A stretch of DNA of 64,000 bases from Camelus ferus (lineage: Eukaryota). Below are positions 39,294-50,710 of this stretch, piece by piece. Under the pieces are notes generated by a model that saw nothing but the letters and a program-made list of their open reading frames with translations, did no database searches and was not told the origin of the DNA. The position numbers and the translations under genes were made by a program. Where the stretch lies: positions 37,698,001 to 37,762,000 of the forward strand of contig NC_045697.1 of assembly GCF_009834535.1 (NCBI RefSeq). The letters run 5' to 3'. Every line of letters starts with the position of its first letter. The stretch's first letter is position 1.

Positions 39294-41979
39294 AAAAAAT
39301 CTGGAAGAAAGTCCCTAGAATGAGACTGGCTTCTTTTGCAAGGGTTATCAACAAGCAGATTATATTTTGTAGGTTCCACACTTAGGCAGATTAATCATTA
39401 GTTTTTTTCAAAATGAAGGTGCATACATCTTCATTTTCACATACATTTTTGTATACACTATATATAAATACTGGAGTAAATGTAAAGTTAAATCTGTATA
39501 GTTTACCTACTGAGTTTTATTGATGTTAAAGAAATTCCTGCTCTCTCTCTTTAGGCAAATAATGTAAACATCACAAAAACAGATTAATGGTCCCCAAAGA
39601 ATCTTTAAAATAAAGAAATAACTAACAACTTTTAATTCAATTATTCAAGAGAAAGCTTTGTGTACTTTAAGATTGTGAAGACTAGATTTAAGGTTCTTCA
39701 TAAACTCATGTTTAATAGTTATGTATTTAAGAGTCAGCAGTCATCAATACCTTCAATGACAAAAACTTGAAAAGCCACCATGGCAAAGACTGAGAAAAAA
39801 AAATGAGAGAGAGATTCATTCAAACACTGTTCATATGATGTTAATAGGCTGCTGACTCCTTTCCCCAGAGATAGAGTTGGTGTGAAGTCATGCTTGAAAT
39901 CCCAGAGAGACAATTGTCCTTACTGCCATCCCCAACTCCCCTGACCAAGCATTTTCAGAGTGCTTCAGGATGGCTGGTCCAAGTGAAGAAAGAGTTAATT
40001 AAACCAAAGGGGAGAAAAGCAGCTAATTCCCTGCAACAGCAGAAGTTTGATTTCCTTCCCAGCTGGAAAGCACAGAAAGGCAGCCAATCCAGCCCACCAC
40101 ATGCCATAGCCATTATCTTACGAGGCCAAGACCCACTTCCTGGCTCCATCCATTGCTGGAGGGAATGGGGGTCAGAAGATGCAGGAAGTAAGGTGGAGAC
40201 CAGAGGGGATATTAAAGGACTGTCCATAGGGAATACTTCAGTGTTTTCTTTTCCATTGTTAAACTTCACCACCAAAATCTTAGACAGCTCACCTCCTAGA
40301 ACATTAGGCTTAGACAGGAAGCAGAATTTGATGGTATACCCAAAGACAGGCAGTGTACAAATAAACAGTGCTGGAGATCGCTACTTCTTAATATTACCTA
40401 TCTTTTTATCCACATGCTGTGAAATATTACAGAACTTGCTTAGAGAGCAAGCCTTGGGAAGCTAAATTAACCCCTTGACGTCAAACTAAAGCTATTCAGT
40501 CAATCAGTTCTATTTCGGTATCCTAAAAAAAAAGGAAATAAACAAAAGAAACCCAAACAACCACCCATCCTCTCAAAATAAAATATTTACTGCAACTCAC
40601 GAAATGAATTTTCACATGTCTCCAGGTTTCCTGACTTGGGGAGAAGGAAATAACGAGATATTATGGGAGAGGTTCATCTTGTAGTATTTCCAGACAGCCT
40701 AAAAGCAGGAAATCCTTGCAATCTTCTGAGAAAGCCTGATCTCCCAAGACTGTCAGATCAAAAGGAGCCAGAAATTCTCCAAGATCTAAGCCATGTCTCT
40801 CAAATTCTGCAGAAGGGAGGAGGACGCCACAGAATTCTATCTTGGATTGTGCTCACCCTGGGTAGAAATAAATCTCAAATACTGTGCAATCCGGGAGTGA
40901 CATACGTTATCTTGATGTGGCCTCCACCTTTCCATTGCACTAACCATACTGCACATTGGAATGTAAATGGAGACAAGCGAGTGTGTTTTCCAAAGCTGAT
41001 GAAATTCCTGTTCTGCACAAGATGCTTCTGGAAAAAAAGTCTAAGCCATCTTCACCTGCTTCAAATCCTCTGGGATGTAAAGAGGTATAGAAAGGTATAA
41101 ATAAAATGTCTAAAAAGTTTATCCTTACTGAAAAGAAAATATTGAGTATATCTAAGTGAAATGCTAAGCAACACCTACACTCATCAAAATTATATGATTG
41201 GTATCTCATGAGTTAAGTCAAGTTTTTCCAGGAAAACTAAGTTAATGTAAGATTTTGTAACACAGAAGAAAGACTAATTCAGATTATAAATACTAAATAT
41301 ATGTGACATGTATTTTACCCTACACAGATGTTAAGTTGGCCTCCACGGTGTCAATCTCAAATTGCAAATTCTAGAAAGATTTGGCATATCATCCAAGATC
41401 TCAGACCACACCAGCAAAGGAAAGAAACACTGTCCCTGAAAGGCCGTTTGAGGCAAGGTCTTCATTTGCACAAGTGTATGGAAATTGTTTTTTATGACGT
41501 ATACGTTGGGGGAAGAAAGGTTCCTATGTACAAAAAACTCCAGAGCCCTTGGCTGAATCCCTGTGCATTCTTGGGGAAATCTCCAACTCTGCAGTAGATA
41601 ACCTATCTCTCCACAGAAACCTCTCCATAATTCACCCCTGAATCTTCCTTTTCAAGGATTTCGGGTTTGTTTTTTTCTTCCCTCAAACATCAGAAGGCTT
41701 CTTATAAATCCCCATAGCCAATTGTGAACACAGATTTCCCTTAGAAACAAAGATCAGAACCCAACGAGTTGGGCAAAAGAGAAGTAATGGGGCCCACGCT
41801 CCAGAACAAATCAATGAGTCTTATTCTCCGAGGAAGCCTTGGGAGAGAAGAATTTTGTTTATTCCTGTTGGCAGAGAGCCCTCAGAGCGAGACTTTGTTG
41901 TCCTCGATTCTTCTTTGCACCCATTGTGTTTTGTAACCGGTAAATCAACTGGGGAAGTGAATTCCATCTAACCACTTAC

Positions 41980-42176
41980 CTTGAACGTACACGTAGACAA
42001 CAGAAGCCATGTCAGTGTCCCGGTAGAAGCATTTGTAGGCTCCAGTATCATTTCCGACCACTTTTGGAATTGTGAGCATCTTACAGAAGATGCCCTCACT
42101 GCACTCGGTCACCTCCACTCTTTTCTCAGAGCCGCTCTGATTGTTGGGCCAGAGCCAGTCCAAGTCCCTTTCTCCC
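41980..42176 (-). CDS. KDR: KDR exon 3 (Ig1)
   Basis: [25 protein letters not shown]...DTGAYKCFY...VYVYVQ; 197 nt. Confidence 0.97.
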
Positions 42177-42394
42177 CTGAAAAATTAATTCCAAGCAAAT
42201 ATTCATGTGAAATGCCTCACTAGGAGGCTGTTTCCAAGAAAACAGAAGATTTGGTTCTCAAACTTACATAAACGCCTCAACAGACAGAAACACAGCCTTC
42301 TACTAACAATGACAGGTTATATGGATGAATGACAAAAAGTCAGAGGCTCGGCTTCAGAAATCACTTATAGGGATTCTCGAGTTTTCTACTCATT

Positions 42395-42850
42395 AACTCA
42401 TTCATTCATCCAATAAATATTTATTAAGCATGGGCTGTGTGCCAAATGTTGTTAAAAATGGCATACAGCAGTGAACAAATCAGACAAAAGCCAATGTCTT
42501 CATGGAACCTCAGTCAAGTTGGAGGAGACAAGCAGTAAAAAAAAAAATAAGTACATTTCAATAAAGCTGAAATTTTTCAAAAGTAAGTAAAATGTGTACA
42601 AGGTGGCAATAAGTACTATGGAGAAAATTTAGAAGATGCAAAGAAAAGAGTGAAGAGTTCTGGAGGCTTGATGCACTAGGCCGTATGAATATTGGGGGGA
42701 ACAGAATTTCAGGCAGAGGGAACAGCAGATGTCAAGACCCTGGTGTGGGTGCCTATCTGGACCATGAGGGGAATGGCAAGGAAGCCAGAAAAGCCTGATA
42801 AAAGTGGGTAATCCGGAGAGTAAGAGGTGAAGTGAGGAACGAAGGGGACT
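42395..42850 (-). mobile_element. L2 3' end (intron 2)
   Basis: tcattcattcatccaataaatatttattaagc...tgtgccaa...cagtgaacaaa...aggcagagggaacagc. Confidence 0.7.
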
Positions 42851-44088
42851 CAACTATCTAAGAGACTCATAGAAACTTTGGAGGACAACGTCAAAACCTA
42901 GATTACTTTTATTACAGCATTTCTCTACAAAACCCCAAGGAAGAGAGTCAACATCAAGAAAAATGTAACATCATGGACCCTTCTTTAAAGAACTTGAAAT
43001 GTCCATGAGGTTGCAGCTACATTAATGAAGTCACTTTTAACATACTCCATAGCTTTTTTGGGATGTAAAGGGAGTATGGAATCTTGGGTGATTTTAAATA
43101 ACCTTTGTTGTCAAGGGTGGGTTAGAGGAACATCTACTGAGAAACACATCTTGAAATAGCAAAGCTAGGGAAACAGCACCTGTTACTGTGCTTTTTCCCG
43201 AGGGCTGGGTATTGGTGACCAACCCTGGATAAGAGGACTAGAGTATCCTTTACACTCGGCAAGCTAAAATAGATCTGTGTCACTGTGTTGAACACTTGGC
43301 ATTTGTCAGGCATAAACAATGGCAACAAGCTTCCTAGGGCTGTTTGTGGACGTCAGCACTCTCCACCCACCGTCTCTGCCAAAACCTCACTGGTCCTGAG
43401 AAGCCTCTGCGTCTGTCATGCATACTCATACATGAAACCCTAAGGTCCTACTTTTCTTCCTGAGGTAGGGGCTGGAAGGTTAACAGTTAAATTGGAAGGC
43501 AGAATTCTTCTTGTCAAAGAGGCTTATTTCCCCAGTTAGCAAAAATCAATAGTATGACTTCTTGCTAGCTAGTGAGAGACAGACATGCCGGAACACCAAC
43601 CTGCAGCAGGACATGCGTTCAGTAATATTAATGGCTGAATATTAAATTGCTACTACGATCAGAATTTTACCATAAAATAAAGTTCTTGAAAAGTGCTGAA
43701 CAGATGTCCAAGAGCCATTCTGAGTATAAACAATACATCCCCAAACTTCTTTAACTCTAAGGGTACATCCTCAATTTCATTTATTTATTCAACATGTATT
43801 GTGTACTACATACTATACTCCAGGTGCTATACTGGTTATTAGTGTATGTGCATGTGTGCATGTGTGGGTTGGCAGGGGGTAGCAGGGAAAAAATGCCAGC
43901 AAAATTGTATAGAATTTTTGGGGAGAAGACCTTTTTCATTTTTTAATTATTACATCGCTTCTTAGAAACCTCAGTACTTATAAACAATTACTATGACTCT
44001 ATTACAATTCTGCATACGGAAATTATTTTCCTTCAATAAACAATGAAATATTTAACACAGGAAATCTGAATCTAAAAGGAATCCTTAC

Positions 44089-44182
44089 CTGCAAATAATC
44101 TGAAGCGTTGTATTGGCCATAATTGTATGGATGTCTTTTTGTATGCTGAGCCTGGGTGGATCAAGAGAAAGACTAGGCAAAC
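44089..44182 (-). CDS. KDR: KDR exon 2
   Basis: [30 protein letters not shown](R); tttctag| ... |gtaagg; 94 nt. Confidence 0.97.
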
Positions 44183-44329
44183 CTAGAAACAAATTAAATA
44201 AATGAATGTAATTGCCACTGAGTCAGACCCAATAGGAAACACCTTCCATAAACAACGCATACTCCATACTTTAAAAGGCTTCTTCAGCAATTCATTGTGT
44301 AAAACTTGTGAATTTACTTTTCACCATTC

Positions 44330-44680
44330 CCAGTAAAAGTTCACCAACTGTGTCATAACAGGAAGAATGGGCAGATGGTCATAAACCAACACAACAGTTC
44401 TGCAATTCATGGAGCTAGGGTGGAGTTCCTGTTTTCCTGCATTGCCAACTTCAAGGTCTTACAAAAGGATATGGGACATTGAAACCAAATGAACCTTCAT
44501 CTGATGATCTCACTCCCTTGGGAAAGGACCCACTGACACTTCTTATAAAACATAGGATGCACACATTCGACTAAATTGCTGATTAATGAATACTATTAGA
44601 GACATTTCTATATAGTTCATCTATGTACTTTGAGGGGAACAGGAACGTCTCATCTGCCTTTATCAATTTTCTAGTGCCCT
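44330..44680. promoter_or_regulatory. Probable orthologue of the Flk1 intron-1 endothelial enhancer
   Basis: FOX:ETS-like CATAACAGGAAG 44354-44365; E-boxes 44372-44377, 44498-44503, 44651-44656; double ETS 44426-44439; GATA TTATCA 44660-44665; located at the 3' end of intron 1. Confidence 0.65.
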
Positions 44681-47600
44681 TCCTCTGGTAACTGAACTGC
44701 CAAGGTTGAAACACTGCACGTTGAAATTAGGTGAGAGGAATTGAGGAAAGAAACATTTTCCAAATGCATATTAATATACTTTCCCTCAGAGAACAGAATT
44801 AGAGTAACGCTAATGAATTACAATTGGGGAATCTCAACTTACTAATCAAGGCGCTGAGCTTGTCCTGATACCAAGCTTGGAATACACAAAAAAAGTATCT
44901 TTACCTAAATATACCATGGGGCAGATTCCTCACCATGGGTCACTCCACAGCAAGAAAACTGAGTTCTCTGTCAACTAAATGCAAAAAGCTACCAGGTGCT
45001 GAAAAAGCATCAGCGAAAGAAAAACTGTCCACCATCCTTGGGTCTTAACTGATAACCAGATCTTCAAAATACCACCTAAAAAAGTGATGGGTGCTGGGTA
45101 AGCACCGAGCTTCATAGGATCCTTAACTCACATCCACTAAGAACACATGACTCTCCAGGCCTAAGCTGGCATTGACACTGTTGTGCAAATAAAAGAGAGG
45201 ACTAGCAAATACAAAAGAGTATGAATAAGCAGAGCATGAGCAAATATCCAGTATAAATATCCAGAGCACTGAATCCACGGACCCCAGTGTGAACAGCTGC
45301 AGGCAAAAGGGGCAACTGATCACACGTATTCTCAGACGCTCACTCAGAGGTGCAAAATCAAGTGCTGACAAAACTGTGGATTTGTTGATCAATATCGAAT
45401 TTTTTTTAAATTGAAAATTAAGTTACAGCAGTAAATCTCAGAAACTAACTGGCATTGGAAGTAAGGTGCTCGGGGCAGTGGTTCTGAAAACTTTAGCATG
45501 TGTCAGGATATTCCTAGGCCTACAAAACTGCATTTTAACAAGCATTTCAGGTGACTTGGTCATAGAGGGTCTACGGGCCACTCGTAGATAGCTATTGGTC
45601 TGGGTGGTCATGCTCAGTTAGTCAACATAGCACTTTTCAATATAAAGGAAATAACTGCCCCCCTCCCAAGTAGGCAAAAATAAAGCAAAATGTTTAAAAG
45701 CAAAAGAAGAGTCTTCCAATAATGGATTCCCACTTTGTCTAAGTAAAGGAAAATGAAAACAATTTGTTTGGATGAGCACAGATATCACACGTGACTGGGA
45801 AATCCTATGCTGAGAAACATGTCAAAACCAGTAACTTAATTTGCATGATGACCCAAATGAGAAAGAGCCCATTATCTGGGCACAGTGATGTGAGAAAAAA
45901 AAAAAAATGATGGTAAAAATTAAGCTCTAAATAAGCTATAGCCACCAAAACAAGAGATTCCTGAAGATCTCTCATAAATCACTGCCACAGATAATCTCAC
46001 ACTCTAGACACACTTTCCTATGTTCAAAAAAAAAAAGTTCTCCATTCATCGGGAGCCAAAACAACACCATACTATTCTAGAGACATGTCTCCAACAAAAA
46101 ACTATTCAACAAGGCTATCAATAATGGTAACTTCAAATTCATATCTGTAGACCAACGCTCAATTTCTTTTTTGCTCCAATAAGCTTCATTCATTTTCATT
46201 GGCAAGTTCGAGGTCTGCTCTTCAGAAAGTTCTAAAGAAATAACTCTAAGAAGTACATACGCTGCTACTCAATAAAGCTCTTCTATGTTCAAATCCCATA
46301 ACCAAAATTAATTCATTTGTGCACTATTACCCTTCCAGCTCAAAGACAGGAAGGAAAAACAACAGTGCCTCTGTCTCTAGAATTTGATGGCATCAATTAT
46401 AGCCCAATCCAATTAAGCAAGTCACACACTCCAAAAGGGCAACCTCATCGTTATATTCAGGGCAACCCGATTTCGGTTACTACTGCTGCTCTATGAAACA
46501 CCCCAGGCTCAAAAGCAACTCATGTCTTTGTGGGATACAGTAACAAACCACATGTTCCAGACCTTCTTTCTCTTCCCATAAAGGAGGAGAGAGAGGTCTT
46601 GTCAGGGACAGATGACTGTCCCTGGTGGAGCTGGCCTGGATGAAACAAGTCATTATTAAGAAAATTCAGTAACTATAGACAGATGATCTTGTTACAGTAT
46701 ATGCATGTCTTTTTTTTTTTTTCTTTTAAGACAGGTGATTCTTTTTTTTTTTTTTTTTTTTGATACAAGGAATTTTCCCCTGAACCATTTTACTTTTTCT
46801 GCCTGTTTCACCCCCTCCCATTTCTCACCCTCTGAAGAGTGGAAATCTAGAAAGCAGCAAACAATGGCTACAGAAGAGATTAGAAAGAGATGTGAGAAAG
46901 ATGAGACAGAGAAAGAAGGAGAGAGAGAAAGGGAATTTATTTACTTCAAGGCCGTGTGTGTTCCTGATCTTGAAAGAGACTGAAATTTTAGACCTCAAGG
47001 AGAGTGGCGAGAGGCGCCAAACTTAGGTACCAAATCCCTCAGAGTAGGTTTTCAGAACGTGAACTTCTGACCATGCGCTTACTCAAAAGGACCAAAGAGC
47101 TTTGAAAGATGTTAAACTGTTTTAAATACGAAGGTGACTACTGCCTGGAGACATTTTGGGAAGCTGTCACACAACCCCGGATCCAAGCCCCAATTTCTCT
47201 TTCTCTCTGCAAGGAGAGAGGTGTCCTGCACCAAGAAATAAGAAAAAGTTTCCTTCCCTCCTGGACCCCACCTTATACAGTGGGTGTGTGTGTGAGTTCG
47301 AACCTAAAGGGAACAGTAGACCTGGGTCCTCGTTCGATTCCTACAGAGGCAGAGCGAGGCGCACGGTGCCATGGGGAAGACCTGGGTCGCGCGGCTCCTG
47401 CAGGGCTTCCTTTCACGAGACCGGGCTAGGATGGTGCGCGCAGCCGGACAATTTTATCACCGCCTGTTCCCGCCTGCGGGGGCATCTCCTGCCTGCCAGC
47501 TCCGGGACTCTTCCCATCCCCGCCTCCCGAGAGCCCAGCGGTGTATCGGCTCTGTAGACGCGCTCCCGCCCAGGATTCTGTCCGAGACTAGAGTCGTGGA

Positions 47601-47822
47601 AATGGAACTGGGCTCACAAGACCACCAACTCGCTGGGTAATCCTGGGTCAGTCACTGAGCCTCAGCTTCCTCTTCGGTAAATGAAAGAACACAGTGTCAA
47701 GTCACTTTCACCTCTCCAGCTCTAACTGCGAGTTAGAGCCGGCCTCCAGGTCCTCTCCGCATCCCCATCTCTCCGCCTGCACCCGACCTCTCCTCCTTCC
47801 TTCTAGAGAGTGGGCTCCTTAC

Positions 47823-47889
47823 CCACAGAGGCAGCCTGGGTCTCCACGCAGAGCCACACAGCGAGGGCCAGTAGCGCCTTGCTCTCCAT
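47823..47889 (-). CDS. KDR: KDR exon 1 coding part (signal peptide)
   Basis: MESKALLALAVWLCVETQAASV(G); donor G|gtaagg; 67 nt. Confidence 0.97.
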
Positions 47890-48190
47890 CCCGCACCTCG
47901 CGCCAAGCGCTGTGCCCAGAACTCGGGCCCCGGTTCTCTCTCCCTGGTCTTGCTCCGCGGAAAAGGCGCGGAGGTGGAACCCGCGCCGCAGCGCAGGACT
48001 CCGGGGAGCGCAGGGCAAGGGTGCCCCGGCTCCGGCCGCGGCTGCAGGGGGGGTCTGCGGGTGCCGGAAGGAGAGGATAGCCTGGCTGAGGAGCAGCTCC
48101 CTGTCTTCTGCAGCGCGCAAGTGATGCCCCGCGCGGGCAGAAGAAACACAACCATACACCTCCAGCTCTCCCGGGGTCCCGGGACTCAGT
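47890..48190 (-). other. KDR: KDR 5'UTR (exon 1); TSS inferred near 48190
   Basis: The minus strand begins ACTGAGTCCCGGGACCCCGGGAGAGC, matching my recollection of the human KDR mRNA 5' end. Confidence 0.75.
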
Positions 48191-50479
48191 GCAGGGTGGG
48201 AGCCAGGGCCGAAACTCTAGAGCGCGGGGGCGGGGCTATGCTGGTCGGGGCTGGGGCGGGGCTTCCCTTCGCAGTCGGCTCCGCCCCTCAGCCGGGTACG
48301 GTGCCTGGATCCGGTGCTTCCCACACCCACTATATCTCCTAATCTCCCTGCTTTGCCCTGGACTGCGTCTGGCCCGGAGTCGCCCGAGGGAGAACGTCCC
48401 CGGGGCACCAACCCCATTGCTGGCGGAAATAAAATGTAGCCCGTAAGGGGTTCTGATCCACTCAGAGGTTCGGTCGGTTGCTGCCCCTCTACCCGGAGGT
48501 ATTGGAGAGCAACAGCGGGAGCGCGCGAGGGACACTGCGCCCTCAGGAGGTGCGCCCAAGTTTAGGGCAGTCTTCGGCGCCCCGCGCGCCCAAAGTGGCT
48601 GGGGGACAGACTGAGGATCTGCTGCAGGTTGAAGCAACGAGGGAGAAGCGGATATGAGCCGAGACGAAGGCAGGATCGCAAACTGTCAGTGACTCCGGCC
48701 AGTATGAGTGTTTTGTTTGGCCAGCACAGTGGTCGTTTAAAAACTTGAATTTGAATGCCTTTAGTTAGCATATGCACTTGCCCAGTTCTCCAAAGTTCCC
48801 GCTGTTTCCTCTTATACCTGATGCCTTCAAATGTTTTTCAGTTACCTGCCTAGCCCCAAAAGCATTTAAATTTGAGCCCCTAACCGGCTTTCACCAAAAC
48901 CCTAGCTCAAACCTCCGGAGAGCTGGCGGTACCAGGGCTCTGGCAAACCCGCGGCGTATGAGAGGGTCTGCTTGGGAAAGGGCTTTTGTCCACGGTGTTA
49001 TCGACCAGGATTCCCTAAAGTGACGCTTCCTGGGCCTTTTCAGAGCCCAGCCAAGATCCCCTCAGGCCGAGGGGAAAGAAGCCTGACTCGGCGGGCTTCA
49101 CAGGAGAGGCAATGAAGCAAAGCTCCCATACCCAGGCCTCCCAGAACACTATGGACCAAACCTCCAACTCTCTTCGCAGGTACAGAATCGTGGCTCTGTT
49201 TAGAGGAAAACTTGGATTCCCTTCTAACCACATTTGCCCTTTTTTCCTCTCCATTTCTCCCTACACCTGGGAAGTGACAGCAGATGTCCCTCAACTTCAT
49301 TAAATGGGATCTTCCAGATCCCTCAGTCTCTTACTTTCCAGGTGCTTCTTAATGACAACTTAAAAGACCATCCTTTAGGGAGATGAAGACGTAGAAATGT
49401 TTTATTTCTACATCTAGTCCGAACTCCTCCTCCTGAAATACACCATTAATGCAAAGTGTTGCTTTTCTTCCAGTATTTTTTAAAATATTACTGTATTTAC
49501 TCTTCTATTTTGTCAGGTTGGCAATTGAAAGACTTTGACTCTGAAATACAACATTTATGGTTTAATTTTTTTATATGAAAAGGTTTTGAATAAAAAGGCT
49601 TTTCTTCAGCAGAGGGAAGCATTTTTACCTTTTCTTTTTTCCCCAAGCAAGCTCTATGCACATACAGGTATGGGTATATCACCCTCCTTTTCCCACAAAG
49701 GGTAGCCTTGGTATAAATACTGCTCAAGTGCTGACTTTTTTCACTTTAAAATATAACTTGCAGATCATTCTATATCAACCCTTAGGGCTCCATCTCGTAC
49801 TTTTTCGTAGTGGCATGGTGTTGCGCTGTATAGATGCACTAATATTTAATCTAGAAGGTATTTATTTGTCAGGGGCAGAAGTACACTTAAAGAAACTCTT
49901 CTTTTCCTGCAAGTAAACTTAGTAAGGAAAACAGGATGGGCTCTGGCAAAGCTGGATAAGGGGGAGGGAGATGGAACCTGGTTTGGAGAAGGCAATTTTT
50001 CTCCATCTCCATCTCCAAACAATTCTCTCTCAGCGTTATTTACAATTCATGACACTTCCTCTTCCACGTCTCACTTAAGAAGATAGTGTCTCCTCTGAAT
50101 GCAAACCAGAACCTGCAGGCCTGTGGTAATAGCCCCCTTTAGAAGTCTTGGAGGAAATGATGCGTCTTTGATGGCCACAAGACCAGAATTTGGCAGGGTC
50201 TCAATGAAATCAGTCTACCACATTCTCTCCCACACAGCACTTAGAAGTGCCTTGTGTTCATGAAAAATGACAAAGTCTGTTGTTGTTTTTTTAAGTCTAT
50301 TCCATGTGCAACCGCCTCCCATTATCTGGCACCGCCGCAAAGGAGTGATTCGTGTGACTTAATCAGGCACTACAGGTAAGATCACCGCCTATCAAAGTAT
50401 GCAAGAGTATTCAGTGCCCCATAAGTGGTATTCAGGCACATTTGGGGGATGAAGCAGCCAAGAGTGGTGCTAAGTACAC

Positions 50480-50710
50480 AGTGGCCACACTGGCTGGGCT
50501 TGCCTCCCAAGTCTACCTTTTCCTATCCACGTGATCTTGACTAACTTATTGGTTGCGTATCTATGAAATGCAAAAGATGATAATAATACCTTCTTCATAG
50601 GGATCTGGCAGGAATTAAACAAGTTTCTGCAGATAAAGCATGACCTAACACCTGGTGAGCACAAGCGCCTGGCGCACAGTAAGCACCCAGTGCACATTAG
50701 GAAGCATCTG
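50480..50710 (+). mobile_element. MIR SINE
   Basis: taataataccttcttcatagggat...cctggcgcacagtaagcac. Confidence 0.55.

Larger units (their letters stand above)
47320..48720. promoter_or_regulatory. CpG island / TATA-less KDR promoter with GC boxes
   Basis: Dense CpG and high GC by eye. Sp/KLF boxes GGGGCGGGG at 48227-48235 and 48253-48261, CTCCGCCCC at 48279-48287. No TATA near the inferred TSS. Confidence 0.9.

Noticed and set aside
39890..40465. Longest ORF in the track (191 aa, + strand)
   Set aside because: Antisense within KDR intron 3, with no recognisable domain and no promoter or splice support; consistent with a chance ORF
47890..48159. In-frame 90-codon N-terminal extension from a GTG
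   Set aside because: Non-AUG start, it would bury the signal peptide, and open frames are expected at this GC content
47109..48637. Many overlapping 100-140 aa ORFs on both strands
   Set aside because: Expected in a GC-rich CpG island with few stop codons. Only KDR exon 1 and the ATG-initiated uORF were kept.
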